The translations under genes were made by a program, and so were the position numbers. The notes under the pieces were generated by a model, which was not told the DNA's origin, did not search any database, and worked only from the letters and a program-made list of their open reading frames with translations. From positions 110,860 to 174,859 of the forward strand of contig QKEW01000008.1 of the NCBI GenBank assembly GCA_003251635.1: a DNA stretch of 64,000 nt, given 5' to 3'. Shown piece after piece: positions 48,269 to 57,968 of the stretch (positions are counted from its first letter, which is position 1; each line of letters begins with the position of its first letter). Source of the stretch: a bacterium (GTDB taxonomy: Bacteria > Patescibacteriota > Minisyncoccia > Moranbacterales > GWC2-37-73).

Positions 48269-49177
48269 ATGGAGAATTTAAGTCAGCCAAAATTTTTGAT
48301 AATAGGAAGAGAAGATAATGAGAATGTGAAAGATTTGAAGTGGGAAATTCGGCGGCGGGGTTGTAGAGTTGCGTGTGCCCAAATGAAAAATTTGACAATG
48401 AAAATAGATAAGAGCGACGGTTTTTTTGAATTTGTTGATACTAAGAATATTTTAAAGGTAGCGGATATTTTTATTTTCAGAATGTATAAAGATAGTATTC
48501 TTGAGGCTAAAATGCTTGCTAAGTGGCTGCTTAGTCATGATAAAGTCGTTATTGATAAATTCTTATTTAGCAAAGTGGCTTCAACTAAGCAATTTGATGC
48601 AAATTTGTTAGTTATTAACAAAATTCCCCAAATTAAAACCGTGTATTCTTTGAATGAGCGTGGTTGGGCTGATGCGCTTTCATCCTTGCGTAGCCCAATA
48701 ATAGTTAAGCCAGATAATGGCTCAAAAGGCCAGGGAATAATAAAATTTGAATCTTGTGGCGAGGCTCTGGATTTTTTGAAAAAAAATGTAAATGGTTTTA
48801 TAGCACAAGAATATATTTCAATTAAAAGTGATATTCGAATTTTTGTGGTTGGCGGAAGTGTTTTAGGCGGGATTGAAAGGCGTGTTGTTGAAAATGACTT
48901 TCGTTCCAATGTTTCCTTGGGGGCTGATGTTATTCCGGTTGAAGTTACAAAAGAAATGAGAAAAATATCATTAATGGCAGTTTCTGCTTTAAAGCTCGAT
49001 ATTGCCGGGGTTGATCTTATAAAACACGAAAATAGATGGCATGTCCTAGAGGTTAATGCTGCTCCGCAATGGCAAGGATTTAAAAAAGCTACCGGAATCA
49101 ATCCAGCAGAGCAAATTGTGAATTTGGCAATGAAAAGGTACAAGAAAAAGAATAAAAAATTTTTTGGTTTATTTTGA
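48269..49177 (+). CDS. RimK-family ATP-grasp ligase
   Basis: IVKPDNGSKGQGI, QEYI, DIRIFVVG, DFRSNVSLG, AGVDLI, LEVNAAPQW motifs. Confidence 0.9.
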   Translation: MENLSQPKFLIIGREDNENVKDLKWEIRRRGCRVACAQMKNLTMKIDKSDGFFEFVDTKNILKVADIFIFRMYKDSILEAKMLAKWLLSHDKVVIDKFLFSKVASTKQFDANLLVINKIPQIKTVYSLNERGWADALSSLRSPIIVKPDNGSKGQGIIKFESCGEALDFLKKNVNGFIAQEYISIKSDIRIFVVGGSVLGGIERRVVENDFRSNVSLGADVIPVEVTKEMRKISLMAVSALKLDIAGVDLIKHENRWHVLEVNAAPQWQGFKKATGINPAEQIVNLAMKRYKKKNKKFFGLF

Positions 49178-49555
49178 TGTTTAAATGTCCATAATCTTTT
49201 GCGGAATGCGCTGTTGAATGTATTTTGTAGTTTTTTGCTGAACAAGATTTTTGAGAGAAATAAAATTTCTATTAAATAAATAATCATGTTTAAACACAAG
49301 AAAGAAAATTATTTATATCCCGAAAGAGTCTCTTTGGGTCTTGAAAAATCCTTAAAAAGACTGGTGAAATAGCTAAAAGTGGAGACGTTGTTTTGGTAAT
49401 TAAGGGTAATGAGACAAAAAGAACAATTAAATATTTAAAGAATTTTTTAAATATAAAAAACAGTTGATTTGAAATTAGGTTTCTGCATTGCCTTTCCCCC
49501 TTTCTCGTGCTATGATGGGGCGTGATAAGTTTGATAAGTTATTTTTTTAACTTTT

Positions 49556-52120
49556 ATGCGAAATTTTTTTTCCAAACGAAAATTACAACGAGACTCGTCT
49601 CAAAAATCTGAAAACAGGCGTAATTGGTGGAAAATAATCTGGAGAACTGGACTGATCTTGGCTCTGGTCGGCTTTTTAGCGGTGGCTGGAGTTTTTATTT
49701 ATTTTGCCAAGGATTTGCCGGACCCGGGCAAAGTTAATAGTCGCAACGTAGCTGAGTCGACCAAGATTTATGATCGAACCGGCAACAATTTACTCTATGA
49801 AATTCACGGCGAAGAAAAAAGAACGCTAGTAGCTTTTGAAGATATTCCGGATGCGGTCAAATATGCCACGATCGCTTTGGAGGATCAAGATTTCTATTCC
49901 CATCATGGAATCAAGGTCACCTCAATTATTCGGGCGGCAGTAAAGGATGTTTTGAATCGGGGAGCGGTCCAAGGAGCTTCAACCATCACGCAGCAATTTG
50001 TGAAAAATTCTTTGCTGACTTCCGAGAAAGCTTTGACTCGTAAAATTAAGGAGGCAATCTTATCGCTGGAAATCGAACAGAAATTTTCCAAAGATGAAAT
50101 TTTAGGCATGTATTTGAACGAGATTCCCTACGGATCCAATGCTTACGGAGTTGAGGCGGCGGCTCAAACTTTTTTTGCCAAATCGGCGCGCGATCTGACC
50201 TTGGATGAGGCAGCTATATTGGCTTCTTTGCCGCAAGCCCCTTCACGCTATTCGCCGTATGGATCCAAGACGGACGTTTTGAAAGCCAGGCAGGAAATTG
50301 CTTTGGATAAAATGGCTTCTTTTGGTTATATAACTCAGCAACAAGCAGATGAGGCTAAGGCGGTGGATGTGCTATCGAAAATTGTGGCTAAGAAAGAGGA
50401 TATCAAAGCCCCGCATTTTGTGATGTATGTTAAAGAATATTTGGAAGAAACTTATGGACAAGATGTTTTGGAGCAAGGTGGTTTGAAAGTTTATACCACT
50501 TTGGATTGGGACAAGCAACAGATTGCTGAAAAGGCGGTGGCGGAAGGAGCCGAGAAGAATTTAGCTAATTGGAATGCGGCTAATGCCTCAATGGTGGCAA
50601 TTGATCCGAAAACCGGACAAATTTTGGTTATGGTGGGTTCCAAAGATTATTTTGGTGCCAGTTATCCGGAAGGTTGTACTCCCGGTAAAAATTGTCTTTT
50701 TGAGCCGAATGTTAATGTTTCAATTCGGGATCGACAGCCTGGATCATCTTTCAAGCCCTATGTTTATCTGACGGCTTTCACTAAAGGCTATTCGCCGGAA
50801 ACTATGATTTTTGATGTTGAGACTAACTTTAGTACCAATGAAGACAAAGATTACACTCCGCAAAATTATGATGGTCAGTTCCGCGGACCTTTGAAGATGA
50901 AGGAGGCTTTGGCGCAGTCTTTGAACATTCCAGCAGTTAAAACTTTATATTTAGCTGGAGTTAAGGATTCCATTGCTACGGCTAAAAGTTTAGGAAACAG
51001 TGGACTGAATGAGCCTGATCGCTACGGACTTTCTTTGGTGTTGGGTGGCGGCGAAGTTAAACTGCTTGAACACGTTGGTGCTTTTTCGGTTTTGGCCAAT
51101 GATGGGGTTAAGCAAAACAGAACTGCTATTTTGCGAGTAGAGGATGCCAATGGAGATATCTTGGAGGAATATAAAGACAAAGAAGGGGAGCAAGTGGTGG
51201 AAGAAAAATATGTGGCCATGTTGGATCACGTTCTTTCAACTAACGATTATCGGGCACCAGTATTTGGAAACAACAATTTACTTAAGTTTGATGATCGGCA
51301 AGTAGCAGCTAAAACTGGAACAACCAATGAATTTCGTGATGGTTGGGTGATGGGCTACACTCCCTCTTTGGCGGTTGGCGTTTGGGTGGGAAATAATGAC
51401 AACACGGCTATGAAACCAGGAGCGGACGGTTCAATTGTGGCAGCTCCGATTTGGCGCAGCTTTTTGAACCAAGTCTTGGGAAACTATACAAAGGAAGAAT
51501 TTCCAAAATATGAAAAACCTGACAAGGACAGTGAAGATTACGTTGACAAGCCGATGCTTAATGGCGAATTGGATATCGAAAAGGATGTGAAGGTTTGCAA
51601 GATAAAGGACGGCGAATATTGTTTGGCTAATAAATATTGCACCTCTGATCAAGAGAAGAAGCGGGATTTTGCCAATGTGCATAACATTTTGTATTACGTG
51701 AAACTGGATGATCCGCGTGGTGACTATCCGGATAAGCCGAAAAGTGATATTCAGTATAAGAATTGGGAAAAAGGCGTGGAAGCTTGGTATGAAAAAGAAG
51801 AGAAAAATAATAAGGATGTTGTCTTAGGCCAAAAACCGGAAGATGACTGTAAGCAAGATGATTTTAAGGATAATTTGCCCAGCGTTTCTTTGTCCGTTTC
51901 TAAATCAGATGGCAAAGTTACCTTGACGGCTGATATTGATGCTCCGTATGGAACTGACAGTGTGAAATTTTCAGTTGATGGCAGTGAGATTTCTTCGGAC
52001 GGCAAAAAAGCAACCTATGAAATTCCAGACGATAAGGTTGGTGAAAAAGTTGAATGCAAAGTCGTCTTAAAAGATGAAAATGGCAATGAGGATAGTGATA
52101 GTAAAGAAGTTGAATTGTAG
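49556..52120 (+). CDS. Class A penicillin-binding protein (PBP1A family)
   Basis: EDQDFYSH, GASTITQQ, RKIKE transglycosylase motifs; GSSFK, SLN, KTGT transpeptidase motifs. Confidence 0.96.
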   Translation: MRNFFSKRKLQRDSSQKSENRRNWWKIIWRTGLILALVGFLAVAGVFIYFAKDLPDPGKVNSRNVAESTKIYDRTGNNLLYEIHGEEKRTLVAFEDIPDAVKYATIALEDQDFYSHHGIKVTSIIRAAVKDVLNRGAVQGASTITQQFVKNSLLTSEKALTRKIKEAILSLEIEQKFSKDEILGMYLNEIPYGSNAYGVEAAAQTFFAKSARDLTLDEAAILASLPQAPSRYSPYGSKTDVLKARQEIALDKMASFGYITQQQADEAKAVDVLSKIVAKKEDIKAPHFVMYVKEYLEETYGQDVLEQGGLKVYTTLDWDKQQIAEKAVAEGAEKNLANWNAANASMVAIDPKTGQILVMVGSKDYFGASYPEGCTPGKNCLFEPNVNVSIRDRQPGSSFKPYVYLTAFTKGYSPETMIFDVETNFSTNEDKDYTPQNYDGQFRGPLKMKEALAQSLNIPAVKTLYLAGVKDSIATAKSLGNSGLNEPDRYGLSLVLGGGEVKLLEHVGAFSVLANDGVKQNRTAILRVEDANGDILEEYKDKEGEQVVEEKYVAMLDHVLSTNDYRAPVFGNNNLLKFDDRQVAAKTGTTNEFRDGWVMGYTPSLAVGVWVGNNDNTAMKPGADGSIVAAPIWRSFLNQVLGNYTKEEFPKYEKPDKDSEDYVDKPMLNGELDIEKDVKVCKIKDGEYCLANKYCTSDQEKKRDFANVHNILYYVKLDDPRGDYPDKPKSDIQYKNWEKGVEAWYEKEEKNNKDVVLGQKPEDDCKQDDFKDNLPSVSLSVSKSDGKVTLTADIDAPYGTDSVKFSVDGSEISSDGKKATYEIPDDKVGEKVECKVVLKDENGNEDSDSKEVEL

Positions 52121-52147
52121 CAACTTATAATTGATTAAATTTTTTTC

Positions 52148-52720
52148 ATGATAGCTAAAATCAAAGGCAAAGTTGATCTGGTGGGAGATTCTTTTTTAGT
52201 GGTGATGGTAGGCGATTTGGGCTACAAAGTTTTTGTGGGTGCTTATACTTTAGGCAAAGTTGCTGGTCAAGGCGAAGTTGAATTTTTTGTTCATACTCAC
52301 GTTCGTGAGGATGTTTTGGCTCTTTATGGTTTTTTAACTTTGGATGAATTGGAGATGTTTGAGCTTTTGATTTCAATTTCCGGAATTGGTCCCAAAGCGG
52401 CTTTGGGAATTTTGGCAATTGCTGATCCGGCAGCTATTCAAACCGCAGTGGCCAGCGGGGATGATTCAATTTTGACTCGGGTTTCCGGAGTTGGCAAAAA
52501 GACGGCTGGTCGGGTCATTTTGGAATTGAAAAATAAAATTAAAAATCTTTCAACTGTTCACAAAATTGAAAACTCGGCAGACACCGATTCCTTGGAAGCT
52601 TTGGTGGCAATGGGTTATTCAATTGCTCAGGCTCGCGATGCTTTAAAAGATGTTGATAAAGACATTAAGGATGTAGGCGAGAGAGTTAAAACTGCTTTAA
52701 AAAAATTAGGAAATAAATAA
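52148..52720 (+). CDS. ruvA: Holliday junction DNA-binding protein RuvA
   Basis: VREDVLALYGF, ISGIGPKAAL, GVGKKTAGRVILELK, ALVAMGY motifs. Confidence 0.97.
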   Translation: MIAKIKGKVDLVGDSFLVVMVGDLGYKVFVGAYTLGKVAGQGEVEFFVHTHVREDVLALYGFLTLDELEMFELLISISGIGPKAALGILAIADPAAIQTAVASGDDSILTRVSGVGKKTAGRVILELKNKIKNLSTVHKIENSADTDSLEALVAMGYSIAQARDALKDVDKDIKDVGERVKTALKKLGNK

Positions 52721-52817
52721 AAATTCTTCAAAATTATTTTTGTGTGATATACTTAAAAAATAAAAATACTTTTAAGTTTTCTAAGAATGAGAACATAAAA
52801 TTAAATACAAAAACAAA

Positions 52818-53798
52818 ATGAAAAACGTTACAAAGAAAAATTTTTCAGTTAAAAAACTTATTGTTATTGTTGCAATATCGTTTATTTTATTATGTGTGGG
52901 GATTTTGTTGGGGACGAAAGGTAATAATTTGACTTCAAGCGGATTGCAAGCAAATCTGCCAAGCCTTTCATATAGTCGCAGTGCTACGGATAATTTGGAA
53001 ACTTCTGAATCAATTGTTGGCGGTAGTGTCAATGCCCCCACTAAATCGTCAATGATTGCCTATGATTCCTTATCGACTGAAGATGGTGGATTGGATTCAA
53101 CTTCAACTGAAAAGAAAATTATAAAAAGCGGAAACCTGACGCTCAAAGTTGAAGAGACTGAAAAGGCTATCGAAGAAGTTGCAAGCATAGTAAAAAATCA
53201 TCAGGGTCAAATTTTTTCTTCCAACATCAGCGAAGCGGTTAAAAATCAAAAAAGCGGATATTTGGTAGTCAAAGTTCCTTTCCTTGAGTTTGAAAGTTCT
53301 TTGGAAGATATAAAAAAAATTGCCACTCAAGTGGTTAATGAAAACACCAGCGGCCAAGATGTGAGTGAACAATATGTTGATTTGGCGGCTCAATTGAAGA
53401 ATAAGCAAGCGGAAGAAGAGTCATTTTTGAAAATATTGGAGCAGTCCGGAGAGATTGCGGATGTTTTGGCGGTAACTAAGGAGCTTTCTCGAGTTCGCGG
53501 TGAAATCGAAAGATTACAAGGCAAGATTCGTTATTTGGATTCCCGAACTGATTTGGCGACCATTACCATTTACCTAAGTGAGGATGTGCAAATTATTTCT
53601 GATCAGTGGAGGCCATTGCAGGTTTTGAAACAGTCAGTTGATGGACTGATTGAAAGACTGCAGAATTTGGCAGATGGTTTGATAAGATTTTTCGTGATTG
53701 GTCTGCCTTTGATTCTGATTTTCCTAGTATTTTTTTATCTGATCTTTATTCTAATTAGGAAAATCGTAGTTAAACATAGAATCAAAAATAAAAAATAA
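52818..53798 (+). CDS. DUF4349-like membrane protein
   Basis: KKIIKSGNL, QDVSEQYVDL, coiled coil, C-terminal TM. Confidence 0.8.
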   Translation: MKNVTKKNFSVKKLIVIVAISFILLCVGILLGTKGNNLTSSGLQANLPSLSYSRSATDNLETSESIVGGSVNAPTKSSMIAYDSLSTEDGGLDSTSTEKKIIKSGNLTLKVEETEKAIEEVASIVKNHQGQIFSSNISEAVKNQKSGYLVVKVPFLEFESSLEDIKKIATQVVNENTSGQDVSEQYVDLAAQLKNKQAEEESFLKILEQSGEIADVLAVTKELSRVRGEIERLQGKIRYLDSRTDLATITIYLSEDVQIISDQWRPLQVLKQSVDGLIERLQNLADGLIRFFVIGLPLILIFLVFFYLIFILIRKIVVKHRIKNKK

Positions 53799-53805
53799 TT
53801 TTTTC

Positions 53806-54246
53806 ATGAACAAAATAAACACAAAAAAAAGAGGATCGGCTTTGGTTTTTTCATTGATTTTACTTTCTCTCATGTTGGTGGTGGCAGTTGGATCATATTT
53901 AGCTTCAACTGGTGGCACCAAAACAAGCAATGATTCAATCAACTCAGTATCAGCCTTTCAAGCGGCTGACGCCGGAGTCGAGGAAGTCTTTAGAATTATC
54001 AATGAAAAGATTACCACTAGAGGCCCCCTGACTAGTTTGGAGGATGCCAGACTTTGTAATGATGACTTTCGATTCGTGGATGAGGATTCTTTGCGTTCCA
54101 GGAAAATTGTGGTAACTTTTTATGATAAGGACGGTGATTTGATTGATGACTGCAACGGTGCTACCTTGGGTGAAATCGGCTCAATAAAGTCGGTGGGTGA
54201 ATTTGCTGGAACGGCTCGGGCTGTTGTGGTTGAAGTTGAAGAGTAA
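53806..54246 (+). CDS. PilX-like minor pilin
   Basis: KKRG|SALVFSLILL prepilin-like site lacking Glu5; AFQAADAGVE motif. Confidence 0.75.
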   Translation: MNKINTKKRGSALVFSLILLSLMLVVAVGSYLASTGGTKTSNDSINSVSAFQAADAGVEEVFRIINEKITTRGPLTSLEDARLCNDDFRFVDEDSLRSRKIVVTFYDKDGDLIDDCNGATLGEIGSIKSVGEFAGTARAVVVEVEE

Positions 54247-54278
54247 TTTGAACAGAAGTTGGGTTTGTAAAACCAGTC

Positions 54279-55445
54279 TTGTTTATGGAAAAGAGCAGTC
54301 AACTTACATTGGAAAACTTTTTGGAAACTTTTAGGAACGAGGCTTTTTTGCAATCAGAGGATTGGCGCAAATTTCAGGAGGCAGAAGGCCATAAAACGTT
54401 TCATTTCGAGAATGTTCTGAGATCTGAAAATCAGAAGATTCTCTTTTGTGTTTGGGCTAATATGATTGAACATAAATTGTCGATTGTCGGCAAATACTTC
54501 TATAGTCCCCGCGGGCCAATCATTCAAAGAGGCACGAATAATGGTTCAATTGAAGTGGCAGATTTTGAAAAAAGTCTGAATAGTTTGATTCAGGTGGCCA
54601 AAGAAAATCGTGCCGGTTGGATCCGTTTTGATGTGCAAAGCGAAGATGATCTGGTTTTGATCAAAAAAACTGCTCAGCGGATTTTTGCCAGCAAAACAAG
54701 TTGTCTAAAAAAATCACCTCATGACATGCAGCCAGCTCAAATTCTGGTGATTGATATTGACGAATCGCAGGAGAAATTGTTGGGTCAAATGAAAAGCAAG
54801 ACCCGATATAATATTCGCTTAGCTCAAAAGAAGGGAGTGGAGATATGCTCAGACAATGGAACCGAAGACGAAAGAAAAAAATATTTGGAAGTCTTTTTGA
54901 ATTTATCCAGCCAAACAGCTGAGAGAAAAAAAATTTCTTTCCATGAGGAAAATCACTATCGAAAAATGTTGGAAGTTTTTCCCAAAGATGTTTTTAAAAT
55001 TTATGTGGCTAAGTATGAAAATGAAATCATTGCAGCTAATCTGATGATTTTTTTTGGAGATACGGCCATCTATTTGCATGGAGCTTCAGCTGATAAATAT
55101 CGGGAAGTGATGGCGCCATTTTTTTTGCAATGGCAACAAATTCTGGATGCCAAGAAAAAAGGTTGCCGCTTTTATGATTTTGGCGGGGTGAAGATTGATA
55201 AGATTGAGTCCAAAAAAACAAATGATTTTCACGTTCCACACTCCACGTTTTGCGCTCAGGATTCTAGGCAGGGAATAACACGTTTTAAGGTCGGGTTTGC
55301 GCCTGAAGTTCAGCCGATTGTTTTTTCAGGAAGCTATGATGTAGTACTTAATTTTAAAAAATATCATATATATCGTTTTTTGGAGAAAATCAGAAGTTGG
55401 CAAACTAAGATAAAAAAGCTACATAAAAATTTATGCAAAAGATAA
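54279..55445 (+). CDS. FemABX-family peptidoglycan bridge transferase
   Basis: FLQSEDW, YSPRGP, MKSKTRYNIRLA, YLHGAS, YDFGG, GITRFKVGF motifs. Confidence 0.92.
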   Translation: MFMEKSSQLTLENFLETFRNEAFLQSEDWRKFQEAEGHKTFHFENVLRSENQKILFCVWANMIEHKLSIVGKYFYSPRGPIIQRGTNNGSIEVADFEKSLNSLIQVAKENRAGWIRFDVQSEDDLVLIKKTAQRIFASKTSCLKKSPHDMQPAQILVIDIDESQEKLLGQMKSKTRYNIRLAQKKGVEICSDNGTEDERKKYLEVFLNLSSQTAERKKISFHEENHYRKMLEVFPKDVFKIYVAKYENEIIAANLMIFFGDTAIYLHGASADKYREVMAPFFLQWQQILDAKKKGCRFYDFGGVKIDKIESKKTNDFHVPHSTFCAQDSRQGITRFKVGFAPEVQPIVFSGSYDVVLNFKKYHIYRFLEKIRSWQTKIKKLHKNLCKR

Positions 55446-56746
55446 AATCAAAAACACCTCAATTTTTAAAAAACTGGTTTCATTTGTTTCAAGCTATGTT
55501 AGCTAATCTTGTTTGGGGATTTCCATCGCGAAAAATAAAAGTAGTTGGAATTACTGGTACCAATGGAAAAACAACCACTGTTCAAATGTTGGCTAAAATT
55601 TTTGAAGAGGCGGAAAAAAAAGTAGCCTTGGCTTCAACCATCAATTTTCAAGTGGGAGAAAAAAAATGGGTTAATAAAACCAAGTTTACAACCCTTTCAG
55701 CTTGGTCAGTTCAAAAATTTATTCACCAAGCAGTTAGAGAAAATTGCGAATATCTTTTTTTGGAAACGTCTTCGCATGCTTTGGATCAGTTTCGAGTTTG
55801 GGGTGTGAAATATAAAACGGCTTTGATTACCAATGCTACTCGGGAGCATTTGGATTACCATAAGGACATGGAAAGATATCGAAAGGCTAAAAAGAGGTTA
55901 TTTAAAATGACCGCTAAAAATCGAGGCTGTTTGATTGTTAATTTGGATATGGAAAATCCAATTGAATTTTTGGACTTTCAAAAAGCCACCCGGATAGGCT
56001 ATACAGCCAATGAGGAAAAATTAAAATTGTTGATGCAAGACGATAAATTGCAAGTTTTGAAGGCTCAAGAAATTGACTTTGGAAAGATGGAAACTCGTTT
56101 TCAGATTAACGGCATAAATTTTTTGATTCATTTTCCAGGCCGTTACAATGTTGAAAATGCTTTGGCGGCAATCAGTGTGGCAGCGTCTGAAGGCATTGAG
56201 CTTGAAATTATCAGTAAAGCTTTGGATAAAATCAAGGGAGTCACTGGTCGCATGGAAAGAATCAGTGCTGCCGGTGGAGTGGAGATAGTAATCGATTATG
56301 CGGTCACTCCTGATTCCCTGGAAAAGCTTTATGAAATTATTTTCAATATGAAAAAAAAAGTTGATTCGAAAATCATTGCAGTTTTTGGATCTTGTGGTGA
56401 TCGAGATCGGGGCAAGCGGCCAATCATGGGAAAAATTGTGGCCAAAACAGCTGACTATATTATTTTGACCAACGAGGATCCATATTTTGAGGATCCACAG
56501 CGGATCTTGGATGAGATTGAAAGAGGAGTTTTGGAAGTTGGTGGGAAATTTCAAAAAGATCAGAATTTTTGGCAGATTATGGATCGGCGCGAAGCCATCC
56601 AAAGAGCTTTGAAATTAGCTAAATCAGGTGATATTGTGGTTTTGACTGGCAAGGGCGCTGAGGAAATGATGGCTATCGGAAGCAAGAGAATTCCTTGGAA
56701 TGATCGAAAAGTTGTTTTGGAAGAATTGGAGAAAACCAAGGCCTAG
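55433..56746 (+). CDS. murE: UDP-MurNAc-tripeptide synthetase
   Basis: GITGTNGKTT, ETSSHAL, EHLDYH, GRME, CGDRDRGKR, EDP, GKG motifs. Confidence 0.9.
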   Translation: MQKIKSKTPQFLKNWFHLFQAMLANLVWGFPSRKIKVVGITGTNGKTTTVQMLAKIFEEAEKKVALASTINFQVGEKKWVNKTKFTTLSAWSVQKFIHQAVRENCEYLFLETSSHALDQFRVWGVKYKTALITNATREHLDYHKDMERYRKAKKRLFKMTAKNRGCLIVNLDMENPIEFLDFQKATRIGYTANEEKLKLLMQDDKLQVLKAQEIDFGKMETRFQINGINFLIHFPGRYNVENALAAISVAASEGIELEIISKALDKIKGVTGRMERISAAGGVEIVIDYAVTPDSLEKLYEIIFNMKKKVDSKIIAVFGSCGDRDRGKRPIMGKIVAKTADYIILTNEDPYFEDPQRILDEIERGVLEVGGKFQKDQNFWQIMDRREAIQRALKLAKSGDIVVLTGKGAEEMMAIGSKRIPWNDRKVVLEELEKTKA

Positions 56747-56824
56747 CTAAAAAATCTGATTCAAGTTAAATAGTGCAAATAAAAAACGCCGGTTTCCTCG
56801 CAGTGTTTTTATTTGTATTTGTTT

Positions 56825-57262
56825 TTAGGCTAGAAAATAAATCAACAAGAAAGTTAGAAGCAGGCCGTAGATTCCACCGACAAAAACTTCGCTGATGCGA
56901 TGGCCCATTCTTTCTTTGAGTCGGGGAAATTTCTCTTCGATGTTTAGTTGACGTACTAGCATGTTAAGATAGCGTCCTTGGTCTCCCATGTAGACTCGCA
57001 GACGGGCAGCGTCATCAATTACGATAATAGCCAAAGCAACAGCTACTGCGAAAGCTCCTGAGGTCATTCCTTCGAAATAGCCCACGGAAGCAACCAGGGA
57101 AATTATGAAAGCGGTGTGCGCTGAAGGCATGTGACCATGGGTCATGGCATAGCGAATGTCCCAACCGTTTCGAACACTGTAAAAAATGTATTTGGTTAAC
57201 TGGGTCAAAAATCCAACCAGAATTGGAACCAGAAAAACAAGATAGGGTTTGAAAAAATCCAT
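56825..57262 (-). CDS. Divergent PAP2 (DUF212) family protein
   Basis: GHMPSAH, DAARLR, LKERMGH...EVFVG motifs. Confidence 0.9.
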   Translation of the reverse strand: MDFFKPYLVFLVPILVGFLTQLTKYIFYSVRNGWDIRYAMTHGHMPSAHTAFIISLVASVGYFEGMTSGAFAVAVALAIIVIDDAARLRVYMGDQGRYLNMLVRQLNIEEKFPRLKERMGHRISEVFVGGIYGLLLTFLLIYFLA

Positions 57263-57396
57263 AAGATATTTTTTATTTACACTTGAATTTTAGCATGTTT
57301 TTGGAAATATAAAAAGTTTTGAAATAAGTTCAAGGTTATATTATAATTGGTTTGGTTGTATAATTTATAGTAAGTTAATTAATTTATCAAAAAAAT

Positions 57397-57948
57397 ATGA
57401 ACATCGGATTAATTTTGGTCATTGTTTTGGTCTTGGTGGGCGTTTGGTTGGTGGCGGTTTATAACGGTTTGATTCGCCTGAAAAATCGAGTGGATGAGGC
57501 TTGGAGCGACATTGATGTGCAACTTAAGCGTCGCTATGATTTGATTCCGAATCTGGTCAATACGGTTAAGGGTTACGCTGCTCACGAAAGTCAGGTTTTT
57601 GAAAAGGTTACCGAGGCTCGTGCCAAGGCTTTAAGTGCTGGAACTGTTGGCGAAAAGCAACAAGCCGAGAACATGCTGACAGGAGCTTTGAAGTCAGTTT
57701 TTGCGGTGGCGGAAAATTATCCGGAATTGAAAGCCAATCAAAATTTCTTGGAATTACAAAGAGAACTTTCCGATACTGAAAACAAAATTCAAGCTGCGCG
57801 TAGATTCTATAATGGTAACGTGCGGGATTTCAATACCAAAATTCAAGTTTTTCCTAATAACTTGATTGCTGGAAGTTTGAATTTCAAGTCCCGAGAGTTT
57901 TTTGAGGCCGAGAGCGGGGAGAAAGAAAACGTGAAAGTTCAATTTTAA
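57397..57948 (+). CDS. lemA: LemA family protein
   Basis: IDVQLKRRYDLIPNLV, AENYPELKAN, ARRFYN motifs. Confidence 0.97.
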   Translation: MNIGLILVIVLVLVGVWLVAVYNGLIRLKNRVDEAWSDIDVQLKRRYDLIPNLVNTVKGYAAHESQVFEKVTEARAKALSAGTVGEKQQAENMLTGALKSVFAVAENYPELKANQNFLELQRELSDTENKIQAARRFYNGNVRDFNTKIQVFPNNLIAGSLNFKSREFFEAESGEKENVKVQF

Positions 57949-57968
57949 TTTTTAGTTAACTGGTTGAT

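Noticed and set aside
48535-49299. 254-aa minus-strand ORF
   Set aside because: Antisense shadow of the RimK-like gene with no recognisable motifs
48071-49555. Graspetide/RiPP precursor near the ATP-grasp genes
   Set aside because: No short ORF with a repetitive Thr/Ser/Lys-Asp/Glu core was found in the gaps; a fragment IAKSGDVVLVIKG near 49370-49410 is too short to call
53806-54246. PilX-like protein ending in EE as a RimK substrate
   Set aside because: A two-residue match is expected by chance, and the domain is probably extracytoplasmic
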